This document shows positions 28,331 to 38,210 of a DNA stretch of 64,000 nucleotides, in pieces. The position numbers and the translations under genes were made by a program. Below the pieces are notes generated by a model. It did no database searches and had not been told where the DNA came from. It saw only the letters and a list, made by a program, of their open reading frames with translations. How positions within the stretch are numbered: position 1 is the stretch's first letter; every line of letters begins with the position of its first letter. The stretch covers positions 928,001 to 992,000 of the forward strand of contig CAWBZV010000005.1 of assembly GCA_963793305.1 (NCBI GenBank), written 5' to 3'. Origin of the DNA: an uncultured Gemmatimonadales bacterium (GTDB lineage: Bacteria > Gemmatimonadota > Gemmatimonadetes > Gemmatimonadales > Gemmatimonadaceae).

Positions 28331-29068
28331 ATGAATCTCTCGCTGGTAGACCTCTTCGTATCGATGGGACCCTTCGCGAAGGGGATTGTCGTGGTGCTGG
28401 CCATCATGTCGATCTTCTCGCTGTCGATCATGATCCAGAAGTGGTGGAACCTCCGCTCGGCCCAGGTCGAGACCCGCAAGTTCGCACCCGAGTTCTCGCA
28501 GTTCCTCGAAGAGGACAACCTCGGCGAGGCGATCAAGCTGGCCGAAGGCTATAAGAAGTCGCACGTCGCCCGCGTGCTCGGTGGCGCCCTGGGCGAGATC
28601 AAGCCGTTGATCCAGGAAGGCTCGGTGACGGTCGCCGACATCAACTCGGCCGAGCGCGCGGTCGAGCGCGAGATGCTCATGAACATCGTGCTCTTGAAGC
28701 GCGGCCTGGGCGTGCTGGCGACGGTCGGCGCCACGGCGCCGTTCGTCGGACTGCTCGGCACGACGATGGGTATCGTGAACGCGTTCACGGGTATGGCCGC
28801 GTCGGGTTCGGGCGGTCTGTCGGCGATCTCGGCCGGTGTCGCCGAGGCGCTGATCACGACGGCGTTCGGTCTCTTGGTCGCGATCCCGGCGGTGTGGGCG
28901 TACAACTACTTCCAGACGAAGATCGACAACCTCACGGCTGAGATGACGTACTCCTCGAAGGAGATGATCGACTATCTCATCAAGGGCGTCTCGGGCGAGT
29001 TCGGTCGGTCGCGCTTCACGCGCGAGTTCAACACGGCGTCCGGCGCCAACGCGCCGATCGCGCAGTAA
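28331..29068 (+). CDS. exbB: MotA/TolQ/ExbB proton channel
   Basis: TAPFVGLLGTTMGI, GVAEALITTAFGL. Confidence 0.92.
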   Translation: MNLSLVDLFVSMGPFAKGIVVVLAIMSIFSLSIMIQKWWNLRSAQVETRKFAPEFSQFLEEDNLGEAIKLAEGYKKSHVARVLGGALGEIKPLIQEGSVTVADINSAERAVEREMLMNIVLLKRGLGVLATVGATAPFVGLLGTTMGIVNAFTGMAASGSGGLSAISAGVAEALITTAFGLLVAIPAVWAYNYFQTKIDNLTAEMTYSSKEMIDYLIKGVSGEFGRSRFTREFNTASGANAPIAQ

Positions 29069-29077
29069 GAGGCTTCT

Positions 29078-29548
29078 ATGGCGATGTCCATGGGAGGCGG
29101 CGGAGTCAAAGCCGAGCCGAACGTCACGCCGATGATCGACGTGATGCTCGTCCTCCTCATCATCTTCATGATCGTGATTCCGGCCATCAGTGCCGGATTC
29201 AACGCCCAGCCCCCGAAGGGTGTGAACCTGAAGGCGCACCCCGAGGAGTCGAGCGACCAGGTGCTCGGCATTGACATCAATGGCGTGTACTATCTGAACA
29301 AGAAGCCGATCCGCCACGAAGATCTCGGTCCAGCGCTCAAGCAGATCTACGATAACCGGACCGAGGACAAGGTGCTGTTTCTCAAGGCGGACGCTGGCCT
29401 CGAGTACTCGAAGGTGATCGATGCCATCGACGTCGCCGCGAAGAACGGCGTGCGCATGACCGGCATGATCTCCGATCAGCGGCCGGGCACGAGCTCCGGG
29501 GTCGCCGGCGACAACCCGATGGAGAAGTCCAGTGGAGGGAAGCCATAA
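29078..29548 (+). CDS. exbD: ExbD/TolR protein
   Basis: NVTPMIDVMLVLLIIFM, LKAD. Confidence 0.92.
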   Translation: MAMSMGGGGVKAEPNVTPMIDVMLVLLIIFMIVIPAISAGFNAQPPKGVNLKAHPEESSDQVLGIDINGVYYLNKKPIRHEDLGPALKQIYDNRTEDKVLFLKADAGLEYSKVIDAIDVAAKNGVRMTGMISDQRPGTSSGVAGDNPMEKSSGGKP

Positions 29549-29964
29549 TGGCGATGTCCACTGGGGGCGGCGGCGGTCTCTCGAACGAGCCGAACGTCAC
29601 GCCAATGATCGACGTGCTGCTGGTGCTGCTGATCATCTTCATGCTCGTCGTGCCGATGGCGCGGAAGGCGATCGACATCCAGTTGCCTGATCCCACGCCG
29701 CAGCAGGTGCCTTCCACGCAGTCCGACCAGATCGTGCTCGAGGTCTGCAAGAACAACAGCTACTCGATCAACAAGCAACCGGTCGACCCGACGCCTCAGG
29801 CGCTCGCCGCGAAGATCAAACAGATCTACGATCCCCGCCCCGAGAAGATCATTTTCGTGAAGGGGTGTCCGGAAGCGAAGTATCAGGACGTCATCACCGC
29901 GATGGACATTGCGCGTGGTGGCGGCGTCAAGGTCATCGGCGTTCCGCCCAAAGATACGAAGTAG
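29548..29964 (+). CDS. exbD: ExbD/TolR protein (second copy)
   Basis: NVTPMIDVLLVLLIIFM. Confidence 0.92.
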   Translation: MAMSTGGGGGLSNEPNVTPMIDVLLVLLIIFMLVVPMARKAIDIQLPDPTPQQVPSTQSDQIVLEVCKNNSYSINKQPVDPTPQALAAKIKQIYDPRPEKIIFVKGCPEAKYQDVITAMDIARGGGVKVIGVPPKDTK

Positions 29965-29981
29965 CGGTTAGCTTTCATTCC

Positions 29982-30764
29982 GTGAGCGATCACGGACCAA
30001 CCGGCGGCCGACGACCCTATCGGCCGCCGGTAGGCATTCCGGAGGGCAATGAGCGGCGCTGGCGCGGCCTCGTCGCGTCCATTGCGATACACGTTGGCAT
30101 TCTCGCGTTGCTGCTCATCCCGCCGATCGCCGCCCTCCTGATCATCGATCCGCGCACGGCCGGCTTCTTGGGCCCCCGCGGCGGCGGCGGCGGCGGCCGC
30201 CGCGCGAGCGAGGGCCTGCACTACATGGACGCCGTGGCGCCCGCGGCGGCGACCACGAAACCGAAGCCGCCGCCTCCGGTACCACCACCGGTCCCTCCAC
30301 CACGCGTGCCGCCCAAGGTGCCTCCCCCGCAAGCGCCCGCGCCCGCGCCAGCGGCTGCCGCGCCGAGCGCCGACACCACACACGGGCAGCCCGCGTCAGG
30401 CACCGGTGGTCCAGGCTCGGGTCCAGGCACAGGTGGTGGCATTGGCGCTGGAACCGGTACCGGCATTGGGAATGGCAAGGGCCCGGGCACTGGTGGCGGC
30501 GGTGCCACGAAAATCAAGGCGACCGCGAAACTCGTCACCGCCTACTCCGTCGACCCCCCCAAACACCCGCGCCCCTTTCACCTCGTAGCCACATTCGAGG
30601 TCGCGGCCAACGGTGTAGCCCGCCTATTGAGCGTGAACAAAGCAGATGACGGGGACTTCAACAAGAAAATGCACGATCATCTGGTGGAGACTGAATTCCG
30701 CCCCGCGACACTCGCGAATGGCACCCCAGTAATAGACACAGTAGTAGTAACTGCCGACTATTGA
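29982..30764 (+). CDS. TonB-like Pro/Gly-rich membrane-anchored protein
   Basis: TM helix SIAIH, Pro-rich and Gly-rich linkers, FRPATLANGTPV C-terminus. Confidence 0.7.
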   Translation: MSDHGPTGGRRPYRPPVGIPEGNERRWRGLVASIAIHVGILALLLIPPIAALLIIDPRTAGFLGPRGGGGGGRRASEGLHYMDAVAPAAATTKPKPPPPVPPPVPPPRVPPKVPPPQAPAPAPAAAAPSADTTHGQPASGTGGPGSGPGTGGGIGAGTGTGIGNGKGPGTGGGGATKIKATAKLVTAYSVDPPKHPRPFHLVATFEVAANGVARLLSVNKADDGDFNKKMHDHLVETEFRPATLANGTPVIDTVVVTADY

Positions 30765-30778
30765 GCTCAAGCTAGGGA

Positions 30779-30911
30779 GCGAAGGCGATATGTCGTCGAA
30801 GTCGGCCTGTAGCCCCGGCGTGAACGCCGTTCCAACCGACCAGTCGAGCGGCGTATGCCGCGTCGACGCGCCGCGGAGCGGCGACGAGCTTCGACGACAT
30901 ATCGCCTTCGC
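30779..30911. repeat. intergenic inverted-repeat element
   Basis: 23-bp perfect arms GCGAAGGCGATATGTCGTCGAAG (30779-30801) and its reverse complement (30889-30911). Confidence 0.85.
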
Positions 30912-30986
30912 GACGACGCTGGGCACCGCTAGCCAAGCCCTTCCCGCCGGGGTAGTTTTGCCAAGCTTTTTCACGCCCGAGGTGGA

Positions 30987-32456
30987 ATGACGAGCGTCGC
31001 CGCGCATCCGGACGCGACACGAGCTGCAGACTCACGACCGCACGCGGACTTCGTCAGAGCCCTGACCCTCACCGACGCGACCATGCTGGTCGCCGGCTCG
31101 ATGGTCGGCTCGGGTATCTTTATCGTCTCTGCCGATATCTCGCGCACGGTTGGATGGCCGGTCTGGCTCCTCGCGGCCTGGGTGATGACCGGCATCATCA
31201 CGCTGCTCGGCGCGCTCGCCTACGGTGAGCTCGCCGCGATGTTCCCAAACGCCGGCGGCCAATACGTCTACCTGCGCGAATCCCTCGGCCCGCTGATCGG
31301 ATTCCTCTACGGCTGGACGTTGTTCGTCGTCATTCAGACCGGCACGATCGCCGCGGTCGCCGTAGCCTTCGCGAAGTACCTCGGCGTCATCATCCCGTCA
31401 TTATCGCCCGATGCGTTCACGTGGCTCCCACACGCGGCGGTCAAGACACCCGATGGATCGATCGAAATCGGCCTCTCGCCACAGCGCATCGTCGCCATTC
31501 TCTCCCTCTGGGTCCTGACCTGGATCAACCTTCGCGGCATTCGCGAGGGCAAGTTCATCCAAACGACCCTCACCGTTATCAAAGTCACGGCGCTCGTCGC
31601 CCTGATCCTGTTGGGTCTCACGGTCGGCCGCAACGCCACCGCTCTCGCGGCGAATTTCAGCGCCGGCCACTTCGCGCCGAACCTGTCGTCGCTCGCCCCC
31701 GCCTTCGCGATCGTCTTCGCCTCGGCCATGGTCGGCTCGCTCTTCTCGAGCGACGCCTGGAACAACGTGACGTTCGCCGCCGCCGAAGTCCAAAACCCCA
31801 AGCGCAATCTGCCGCTCGCGCTGGTGCTCGGCACGGGCCTGGTAATGCTCCTCTACGTGTCGGCCAACATCTCGTATCTCAGCGTGCTCCCGCTGCATGC
31901 GATCGCCACGGCGCCGCAAGATCGCGTCGCGACCGCCGCCATCGCCGTGGTCTTCGGCAGCTCGGCCGCCGTGATCATGGCCGTGGCCATTCTCATCTCG
32001 ACGTTCGGTTGCAACAATGGATTGATTCTGGCTGGCGCCCGCGTCTACTACGCGATGGCGAAGGATGCGCTGTTCTTCAAGCGCGTCGGAACCTTGAGCG
32101 ACCGCGGCGTGCCCGCGGGCGCGCTCATCGTCCAGGCGATCTGGACCACGCTCCTCTGTCTCACCGGAACGTACAGCCAGCTCCTGACCTATGTGATCTT
32201 CGCCGCCCTCGTCTTTTATGCGCTGACGACGGTCGGCCTCTTCGTGCTTCGCGCACGTCGCCCGGACGCCGAGCGTCCGTACCGGGCGATCGGGTATCCC
32301 GTCTTGCCGGCGCTCTACATTGTGCTCGCATCAGCGATTTCGATCGCACTGCTGATTGCGGACAAGACACGCGCCCAGTCGCTCATCGGGCTCGCGCTCG
32401 TCCTCATCGGCGTGCCCGTGTACTACGCGTGGCAGCGCCTTTCCCACTCAAACTGA
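30987..32456 (+). CDS. APC-family amino acid permease
   Basis: GSMVGSGIF, ELAAMFPNAGGQYVY, ERPYRAIGYP; about 12 TM helices. Confidence 0.92.
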   Translation: MTSVAAHPDATRAADSRPHADFVRALTLTDATMLVAGSMVGSGIFIVSADISRTVGWPVWLLAAWVMTGIITLLGALAYGELAAMFPNAGGQYVYLRESLGPLIGFLYGWTLFVVIQTGTIAAVAVAFAKYLGVIIPSLSPDAFTWLPHAAVKTPDGSIEIGLSPQRIVAILSLWVLTWINLRGIREGKFIQTTLTVIKVTALVALILLGLTVGRNATALAANFSAGHFAPNLSSLAPAFAIVFASAMVGSLFSSDAWNNVTFAAAEVQNPKRNLPLALVLGTGLVMLLYVSANISYLSVLPLHAIATAPQDRVATAAIAVVFGSSAAVIMAVAILISTFGCNNGLILAGARVYYAMAKDALFFKRVGTLSDRGVPAGALIVQAIWTTLLCLTGTYSQLLTYVIFAALVFYALTTVGLFVLRARRPDAERPYRAIGYPVLPALYIVLASAISIALLIADKTRAQSLIGLALVLIGVPVYYAWQRLSHSN

Positions 32457-32460
32457 TATC

Positions 32461-34611
32461 ATGAATCCATCGCAGTCCCAACTGCTCGGTCTCGTCTTGG
32501 GTCTGAGCGTTCTCGCGCTCGGCTTCGCCCTCTGGCTCTCCCGATGGGTGCTCGCCCGCCAGCGCGGGAAGCCCGAGATGCAAAAGATCTCCGATGCGAT
32601 CCAGCAAGGCGCCGAAGCATTCTTGGCGCGTCAGTATCGGACCATCACGCTCCTCTCGATTGTCGTGGCGGCGGTGATTTACGTGGGTTACGGCTATCTC
32701 CGTACGCCGAACTCCGCCGACCCGGTTGGTGACCCGAAGTCGCTAGCGCTGTACATCACGGTGTCTTTCCTCCTCGGCGCCCTGTCGTCAGGGATCGCCG
32801 GCTACATGGGAATGTGGGTGTCGATCCGCGCCAATATCCGGGTCGCGGCCGCCGCCCTGTCATCGCTCAACGATGCGCTCCAGGTCGCGCTGCGCTCCGG
32901 AGCGGTCGCCGGCCTGTTCGTTGTCGCGATGTCATTACTCGGCGTGGGCGGTCTGTTCTGGATCCTGACCCTGCTCGGCGTCGGCTCGAAGCAAATTCCA
33001 TTTCTGATCGTCGGGTTCGGCTTCGGCGCGTCGTTCGTCGCGCTGTTCGCCCAGCTCGGCGGCGGTATCTATACGAAGGCGGCCGACGTCGGCGCCGACC
33101 TCGTTGGAAAAGTCGAAGCGGGGATCCCCGAGGACGACCCGCGCAATCCGGCGGTGATCGCCGACCTCGTTGGCGATAACGTTGGCGACTGCGCCGGCCG
33201 CGGCGCCGATTTGTTCGAGTCGACGGCGGCCGAGAACATTGGCGCGATGATCCTGGGTGTGCTGCTGTTCCCGTACTTTGGCGTGGCGGGGATTCTGTTC
33301 CCGCTGGTCGTCGGCGCGATCGGGCTGGTCGCGTCGATCATCGGCGTATTGAGCGTACGGACGCGAGAAGACGGCGATCCGATGCAGGCCCTCAATCGCG
33401 GATTCTATCTGACGGCAGTGCTCGCGTTGATCGGATTCGCGGCGGTCAGCCGGCTCCTGCTCAACACGCCGCAGGCGCCGAATGCCTGGTGGCACTTTTT
33501 CTTGTGCGGGTGCATCGGCCTCGCGACGGCGTTCTCGTTCCTGCTGATCACGCAGTACTACACGGCGTATCAGTACAAGCCGGTCAAGGATATCGCCGAA
33601 GCGAGCCAGACGGGACCGGCCACGAACATCATTTCGGGCCTGGCCGTCGGCATGGAAGCGACGGTGCTCCCGGTGTTCGCGATCGCCATCGCGATCGTGC
33701 TGAGTTATTTCCTCGGCCGGTCGAGCGGTCTCGTCAACGCCGCGGGCGAGCAGATCGGTGGCCTCTATGGCACGGCCTCGGCGACAATGGGCATGCTCGG
33801 CGCCTGCGGCTATATCCTGGCCATGGACATGTTCGGCCCGATCACCGACAACGCCGGCGGCATCATCGAGATGTCGCAGCAGCCCGAGTCCGTCCGCACG
33901 ATCACGGACCGGCTCGACGCGGTCGGCAATACGACGAAAGCCCTCACCAAGGGCTACGCGATCGGATCGGCCGCGCTGGCCGCGTTCCTGTTGTTCTCCG
34001 CGTACCTCGATGAAGTGTTCAACTACACGCACCAACACATCACCGTCAACGTCGCGCGTCCAGAGCTCTGGGTTGCTGGCCTCCTCGGCGCGATGCTGGT
34101 CTTCTGGTTCACGTCGTTGGCGATCAAGGCCGTCGGTCGTGCCGCGTACGCGGTCATCACCGAAGTCCGGCGCCAGTTCAAAGAAAAACCAGGGATCATG
34201 AAGGGCACGGAACAGCCCGACTACGGCAGGGCGGTCGATATTGTCACCGTCGCGGCGCTCCGCGAGATGATCGTCCCCGGAGTCCTCGTCGTCGGATTCC
34301 CGATCGTCGTCGGCCTGGGTTTCAAGATGGTCGGCGCCGGCGCCGAAGCGGTCGCGGCATTCTTGATGATCGCGACGATCGCCGGCATTCTCATGGCCCT
34401 CTTCCTGAACACCGGCGGTGGCGCGTGGGATAATGCGAAGAAGTACATCGAGACCGGCGTCTACGGTGGCAAGCGCTCGGACGCGCACAAAGCCGCGGTC
34501 GTCGGTGATACGGTCGGTGATCCGTTCAAAGATACCGCGGGGCCGTCGTTGCACGTGCTGATCAAGCTCCTCAGCACGATCACGCTCGTGCTCGCGCCGC
34601 TGTTCATTTAG
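32461..34611 (+). CDS. hppA: membrane H+-translocating pyrophosphatase (K+-independent signature)
   Basis: GGIYTKAADVGADLVGKVE, EDDPRN, DNAGG, GNTTKA, GGAWDNAKK, GDPFKDT. Confidence 0.95.
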   Translation: MNPSQSQLLGLVLGLSVLALGFALWLSRWVLARQRGKPEMQKISDAIQQGAEAFLARQYRTITLLSIVVAAVIYVGYGYLRTPNSADPVGDPKSLALYITVSFLLGALSSGIAGYMGMWVSIRANIRVAAAALSSLNDALQVALRSGAVAGLFVVAMSLLGVGGLFWILTLLGVGSKQIPFLIVGFGFGASFVALFAQLGGGIYTKAADVGADLVGKVEAGIPEDDPRNPAVIADLVGDNVGDCAGRGADLFESTAAENIGAMILGVLLFPYFGVAGILFPLVVGAIGLVASIIGVLSVRTREDGDPMQALNRGFYLTAVLALIGFAAVSRLLLNTPQAPNAWWHFFLCGCIGLATAFSFLLITQYYTAYQYKPVKDIAEASQTGPATNIISGLAVGMEATVLPVFAIAIAIVLSYFLGRSSGLVNAAGEQIGGLYGTASATMGMLGACGYILAMDMFGPITDNAGGIIEMSQQPESVRTITDRLDAVGNTTKALTKGYAIGSAALAAFLLFSAYLDEVFNYTHQHITVNVARPELWVAGLLGAMLVFWFTSLAIKAVGRAAYAVITEVRRQFKEKPGIMKGTEQPDYGRAVDIVTVAALREMIVPGVLVVGFPIVVGLGFKMVGAGAEAVAAFLMIATIAGILMALFLNTGGGAWDNAKKYIETGVYGGKRSDAHKAAVVGDTVGDPFKDTAGPSLHVLIKLLSTITLVLAPLFI

Positions 34612-34614
34612 CCG

Positions 34615-36103
34615 ATGGCGAGCGTCGTCCAGGAGTGCTTCGAGCGTAAGCCGATCGCCGAGCTCGTCGCGGAGGGTGAAGGCAAGCTCAAACGCGCGCT
34701 CGGCGTCCGCGATCTCATCGCGCTGTCGATCGGCGCCGTCATCGGCGCGGGTATCTTCGGATCGATCGGCACGGCGACCGCGGGGCAACTGGACGCGGCC
34801 GGCCACGTGATACGCAGCGGGGCCGGCCCAGCCGTCATTTTCTCGTTTATTCTGTCCGCGTTCGCGTGTGCGCTGGCGGGCCTCTGCTACGCCGAGCTGT
34901 CGGCGATGATCCCGCAAGCGGGCAGTGCCTATGCCTACTCGTACGCGACGCTCGGCGAGCTCGTCGCCTGGATCATCGGCTGGGACCTGATCCTCGAGTA
35001 CGCGGTCGGCAACGTCGCCGTGGCGATCAACTGGGCAGGTTATTTCCGGTCGTTGCTCGGCGGCATCGGTCTCGCGATGCCGGAATGGCTCTGTACGGGA
35101 TACCGAACGGCGCTCCTCTCGCCGGACCCGGCCATCCACGGCATGCTCAACACGGCGCCGCACGTGTTCGGGATCCCCATCCTGCTGAACGTCCCGGCGT
35201 TCGGCATCGTGGCGTTGATCACGTGTCTGTTGCTGCTCGGGGTGCGCGAAAGCGCGCGCGTGAACAACGGCCTGGTGTTGATCAAGCTCATCGTCCTGGC
35301 GCTGTTCGTCTTTGCGGGCTTCTCGCACATCCATCGCGAGAACTACCACCCGTTCGCGCCGAACGGATTCACCGGCATCCACCACGGCGCCGCGATCATC
35401 TTCTTCGCCTACATCGGATTCGACGCGATTTCGACGGCGGCCGAGGAGACCAAGAACCCGCAACGGAACATGCCGCTCGGCATCCTGCTGGGGCTCGGAC
35501 TGTGTACGGTGATTTATATCATCGTCGGCACGGTCCTCGTCGGGCATGGTTCCGGCGGCGAAACTCGGCGTCGACGATCCCCTCGCCGTGGCGCTCCAGG
35601 CATCGGGGATGTCGGGCGCGGCCAACCTCGTCTCGCTCGGGGCCATCTTCGCGCTGGCCGCCGTGCTGCTCGTCTTCCAATACGGACAGCCGCGCATCTT
35701 CTTCGCGATGGCGCGCGATGGACTACTCCCGAAGTGGGCATCGCACATCCATCCCCGATTCCGCACGCCGTGGGCGACGACGATCGCGACCGGCATCTTC
35801 GTCGGCCTCTGGTCGCTGATCGGCGATGCCGGTGAGACGTACGACCTCACCAACATCGGCACGCTGTTCGCGTTCGTCCTGGTCTGCTTCGGCGTCCTCG
35901 CGCTCCGGTACAAAGAACCCGAGCGCCCGCGGCCGTTCAGAGTGCCGTTCGTCTGGCCCGTTGCGCTGGGCGGAGCGGCCGCCTGCGTCTACCTCATGGC
36001 CGGCCTCCCGAACGTGGCCTGGACACGGTTCGGCGTCTGGCTGGTGATCGGCCTCGTGCTCTACTTCCTGTACGGCATCCGGAAGTCGGCGCTCCGCCGG
36101 TAA
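34615..36103 (+). CDS. APC-family amino acid permease, frameshift near 35543
   Basis: IGAVIGAGIF, GSAYAYSY, FFAYIGFDA, QPRIFFAMARDGLLP. Confidence 0.9.
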
Positions 36104-36107
36104 CGCT

Positions 36108-37361
36108 ATGCGCAAAGGCTTAACGCAGGCGATCGTCATCGCATTGATCGTCGGCGTTGCCATCGGGGCGTGGCTGCCCTCGGTCGGTATCGCGATCGAG
36201 CCGCTCGGGACTGTGTTCCTGCGGATGATCAAGTCGCTCGTGGTCCCCCTGATCTTCGCGACGCTGGTCGTCGGGATCGCGGGGCAGGGCAGCGACATGC
36301 GCGGAGTCGGCCGCCTCGCGTTGCGGTCGATCATCTACTTCGAGGTCGTGACGACGCTGGCCCTCGTCATCGGCCTCTTCGTCGTCGATGTCATGCGCCC
36401 TGGCGCTGGTGTGTCCCTAACGGCGGTCACATCGGAGCAGGGCACCGAGCTCGCGTCCAAGATGACGACGTTCTCCGGCTTTCTCGAGCACGTCGTGCCG
36501 CAGAGTTTCGTCGACGCGGCCGCGCACAACGAAGCGCTCCAGATCGTCTTCTGGTCGATTCTGTTCGCCGTCGCGCTCACCCGCGTCAAACCGGCGCCAC
36601 GCTTGACGATGCTGGCGTTCTGCGAGAGCCTGGCGGAAGTCACATTCCGGATGGTCGACCTCGTCATGCTCTTCGCGCCGATCGGGATCGGGGCCGCGAT
36701 CGCGGCGACGATCGGCCATCACGGGCTCGGCGTGCTCGGCAGCCTCGGCAAGCTGGTGTTGACCCTCTACGTCGCGCTCGTGCTGTTCGTCGTCCTCGTC
36801 CTGCTGCCGGTCGCCGTCGCGGCGCGGGTGCCAGTCCGCGCCTTTCTCAAGGCGGTTCGCGAGCCCGCGCTGATCGCGTTCTCGACATCGACGTCCGAGG
36901 CCGCGCTCCCCAGCTCGCTCGAGCAGATGGAAACGTTCGGCGTGCCGCGCCGCATCGTCGCGTTCGTGATCCCGACCGGATACTCGTTCAATCTCGCGGG
37001 CAGCACGCTCTATCTCGCCGTCACGGCATTGTTCGCCGCCCAGGCCGGTGGAGTGGCGATGCCGCTCTCGCGTCAGGTGGTCATGATGCTGACGCTGATG
37101 CTGACGAGCAAAGGCGTCGCCGGCGTGTCGCGCGCCGGGCTCGTCATCCTGGCCGGAGCGCTCGCGGAGTTTGGTCTTCCCGTGCAGGCCGTCGCGCTCA
37201 TCCTGGGCGTCGACGTGTTCATGGACATGGCGCGCACGACGGTCAACGTCGTCGGCAACTGCCTGGCGTCAGCCGTTCTCGCCCGTTGGGAGGACCGCGG
37301 TCAAATACCGGAGGGAATGCCGCACGGCGCCCCGAGCGGGGACAACCTCCCCAGCCTTTAA
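36108..37361 (+). CDS. dicarboxylate/amino acid:cation symporter (GltP/DctA family)
   Basis: FLRMIK, FSTSTSEAALP, PTGYSFNL, TSKGVAGV, DMARTTVNVVGN. Confidence 0.92.
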   Translation: MRKGLTQAIVIALIVGVAIGAWLPSVGIAIEPLGTVFLRMIKSLVVPLIFATLVVGIAGQGSDMRGVGRLALRSIIYFEVVTTLALVIGLFVVDVMRPGAGVSLTAVTSEQGTELASKMTTFSGFLEHVVPQSFVDAAAHNEALQIVFWSILFAVALTRVKPAPRLTMLAFCESLAEVTFRMVDLVMLFAPIGIGAAIAATIGHHGLGVLGSLGKLVLTLYVALVLFVVLVLLPVAVAARVPVRAFLKAVREPALIAFSTSTSEAALPSSLEQMETFGVPRRIVAFVIPTGYSFNLAGSTLYLAVTALFAAQAGGVAMPLSRQVVMMLTLMLTSKGVAGVSRAGLVILAGALAEFGLPVQAVALILGVDVFMDMARTTVNVVGNCLASAVLARWEDRGQIPEGMPHGAPSGDNLPSL

Positions 37362-38210
37362 GAGCGCGCCAGGCACCGCGGTCGTCAGCCTTCGCTCGAA
37401 TCGGCTCCTGAAGGACCCACGCGACAGCAACCCGCCCACGACCGCGACTGGCGTCGCCGCCCGCTCGTCGGTGAAGAGGTGCCGGGCCAGGGCCCTCACG
37501 TGCAGCACCAGCTCTTCGATGGCGAATGCCACCAACGTCTCGGCCCTCGCATCGCCAGCATCGGCGCAATGAATGACCGCCGGAGCGAGTGCGGCGAGAT
37601 CGGCGGCGGTGGCCCGGGCCGCCCACGGGATGAGCGCCTCGACCGAGTCGACCACCGCCGCTGTCAAAATCGCACCGGTTAGCGCGGTCTCGGCCTCTCG
37701 CCCATCGGCCGCGGCGCCGACGATGCCGAGCGCTCTCCGGCTCAGCCAGACGCCACTGCCCTCGTCGCCGAACACGGGTCCCCACCCGCCGCAGCGCGCC
37801 AGCACGCCAGTCGGCCCGCGGCCCAGCGCCATCGATCCAGTACCGGCGATGAGGAGCACACCGGGTCCCTCGCCGAACGCATCCTCGAGCGCAATCGTCG
37901 CGTCCGCGTGCACGACGACTTCGTCGGCGACATCGCGCGCGACCAGCGCCTGCCAGAGCGCGTCCCGCTCCGACGGTCGCCCGCCTCCGGCCACGCCAAT
38001 GACCGCGACGGCGGGCATGGCGTCCACTTCGGCCTCGACCAGCGCCTGGCGAATAGCCCCGGCGATGAGGTCGGCCGAGCGTTCGATCTCTCCGGGTTGG
38101 ATGGCGCTGGGGCCGGCATCGAGGCTCCCGATCTCGGTGCCTTTGGCATCCGCGACCAATACACGGGTCTTGGACCCACCCCCATCGACGCCGACGACTA
38201 TTTGATTCAC
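37269..38210 (-). CDS. BadF-type N-acetylglucosamine/N-acetylmuramic acid kinase
   Basis: GVDGGGSKT, LIAGTGS, GGWGPVFGDEGSG; GTG start at 38210. Confidence 0.88.
   Translation of the reverse strand: MNQIVVGVDGGGSKTRVLVADAKGTEIGSLDAGPSAIQPGEIERSADLIAGAIRQALVEAEVDAMPAVAVIGVAGGGRPSERDALWQALVARDVADEVVVHADATIALEDAFGEGPGVLLIAGTGSMALGRGPTGVLARCGGWGPVFGDEGSGVWLSRRALGIVGAAADGREAETALTGAILTAAVVDSVEALIPWAARATAADLAALAPAVIHCADAGDARAETLVAFAIEELVLHVRALARHLFTDERAATPVAVVGGLLSRGSFRSRFERRLTTAVPGALLKAGEVVPARGAVRHSLRYLTAVLPTGENG

Noticed and set aside
24453..29317. Long minus-strand ORFs 24453-26948 and 27560-29317
   Set aside because: Antisense to well-supported two-component and tonB/exbBD genes.
32935..35913. 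992-aa minus-strand ORF
   Set aside because: Antisense shadow of hppA and the APC permease; a typical high-GC artefact with no motifs.
36170..37411. 413-aa Arg-rich alternative-frame ORF
   Set aside because: Off-frame shadow of the DAACS symporter.
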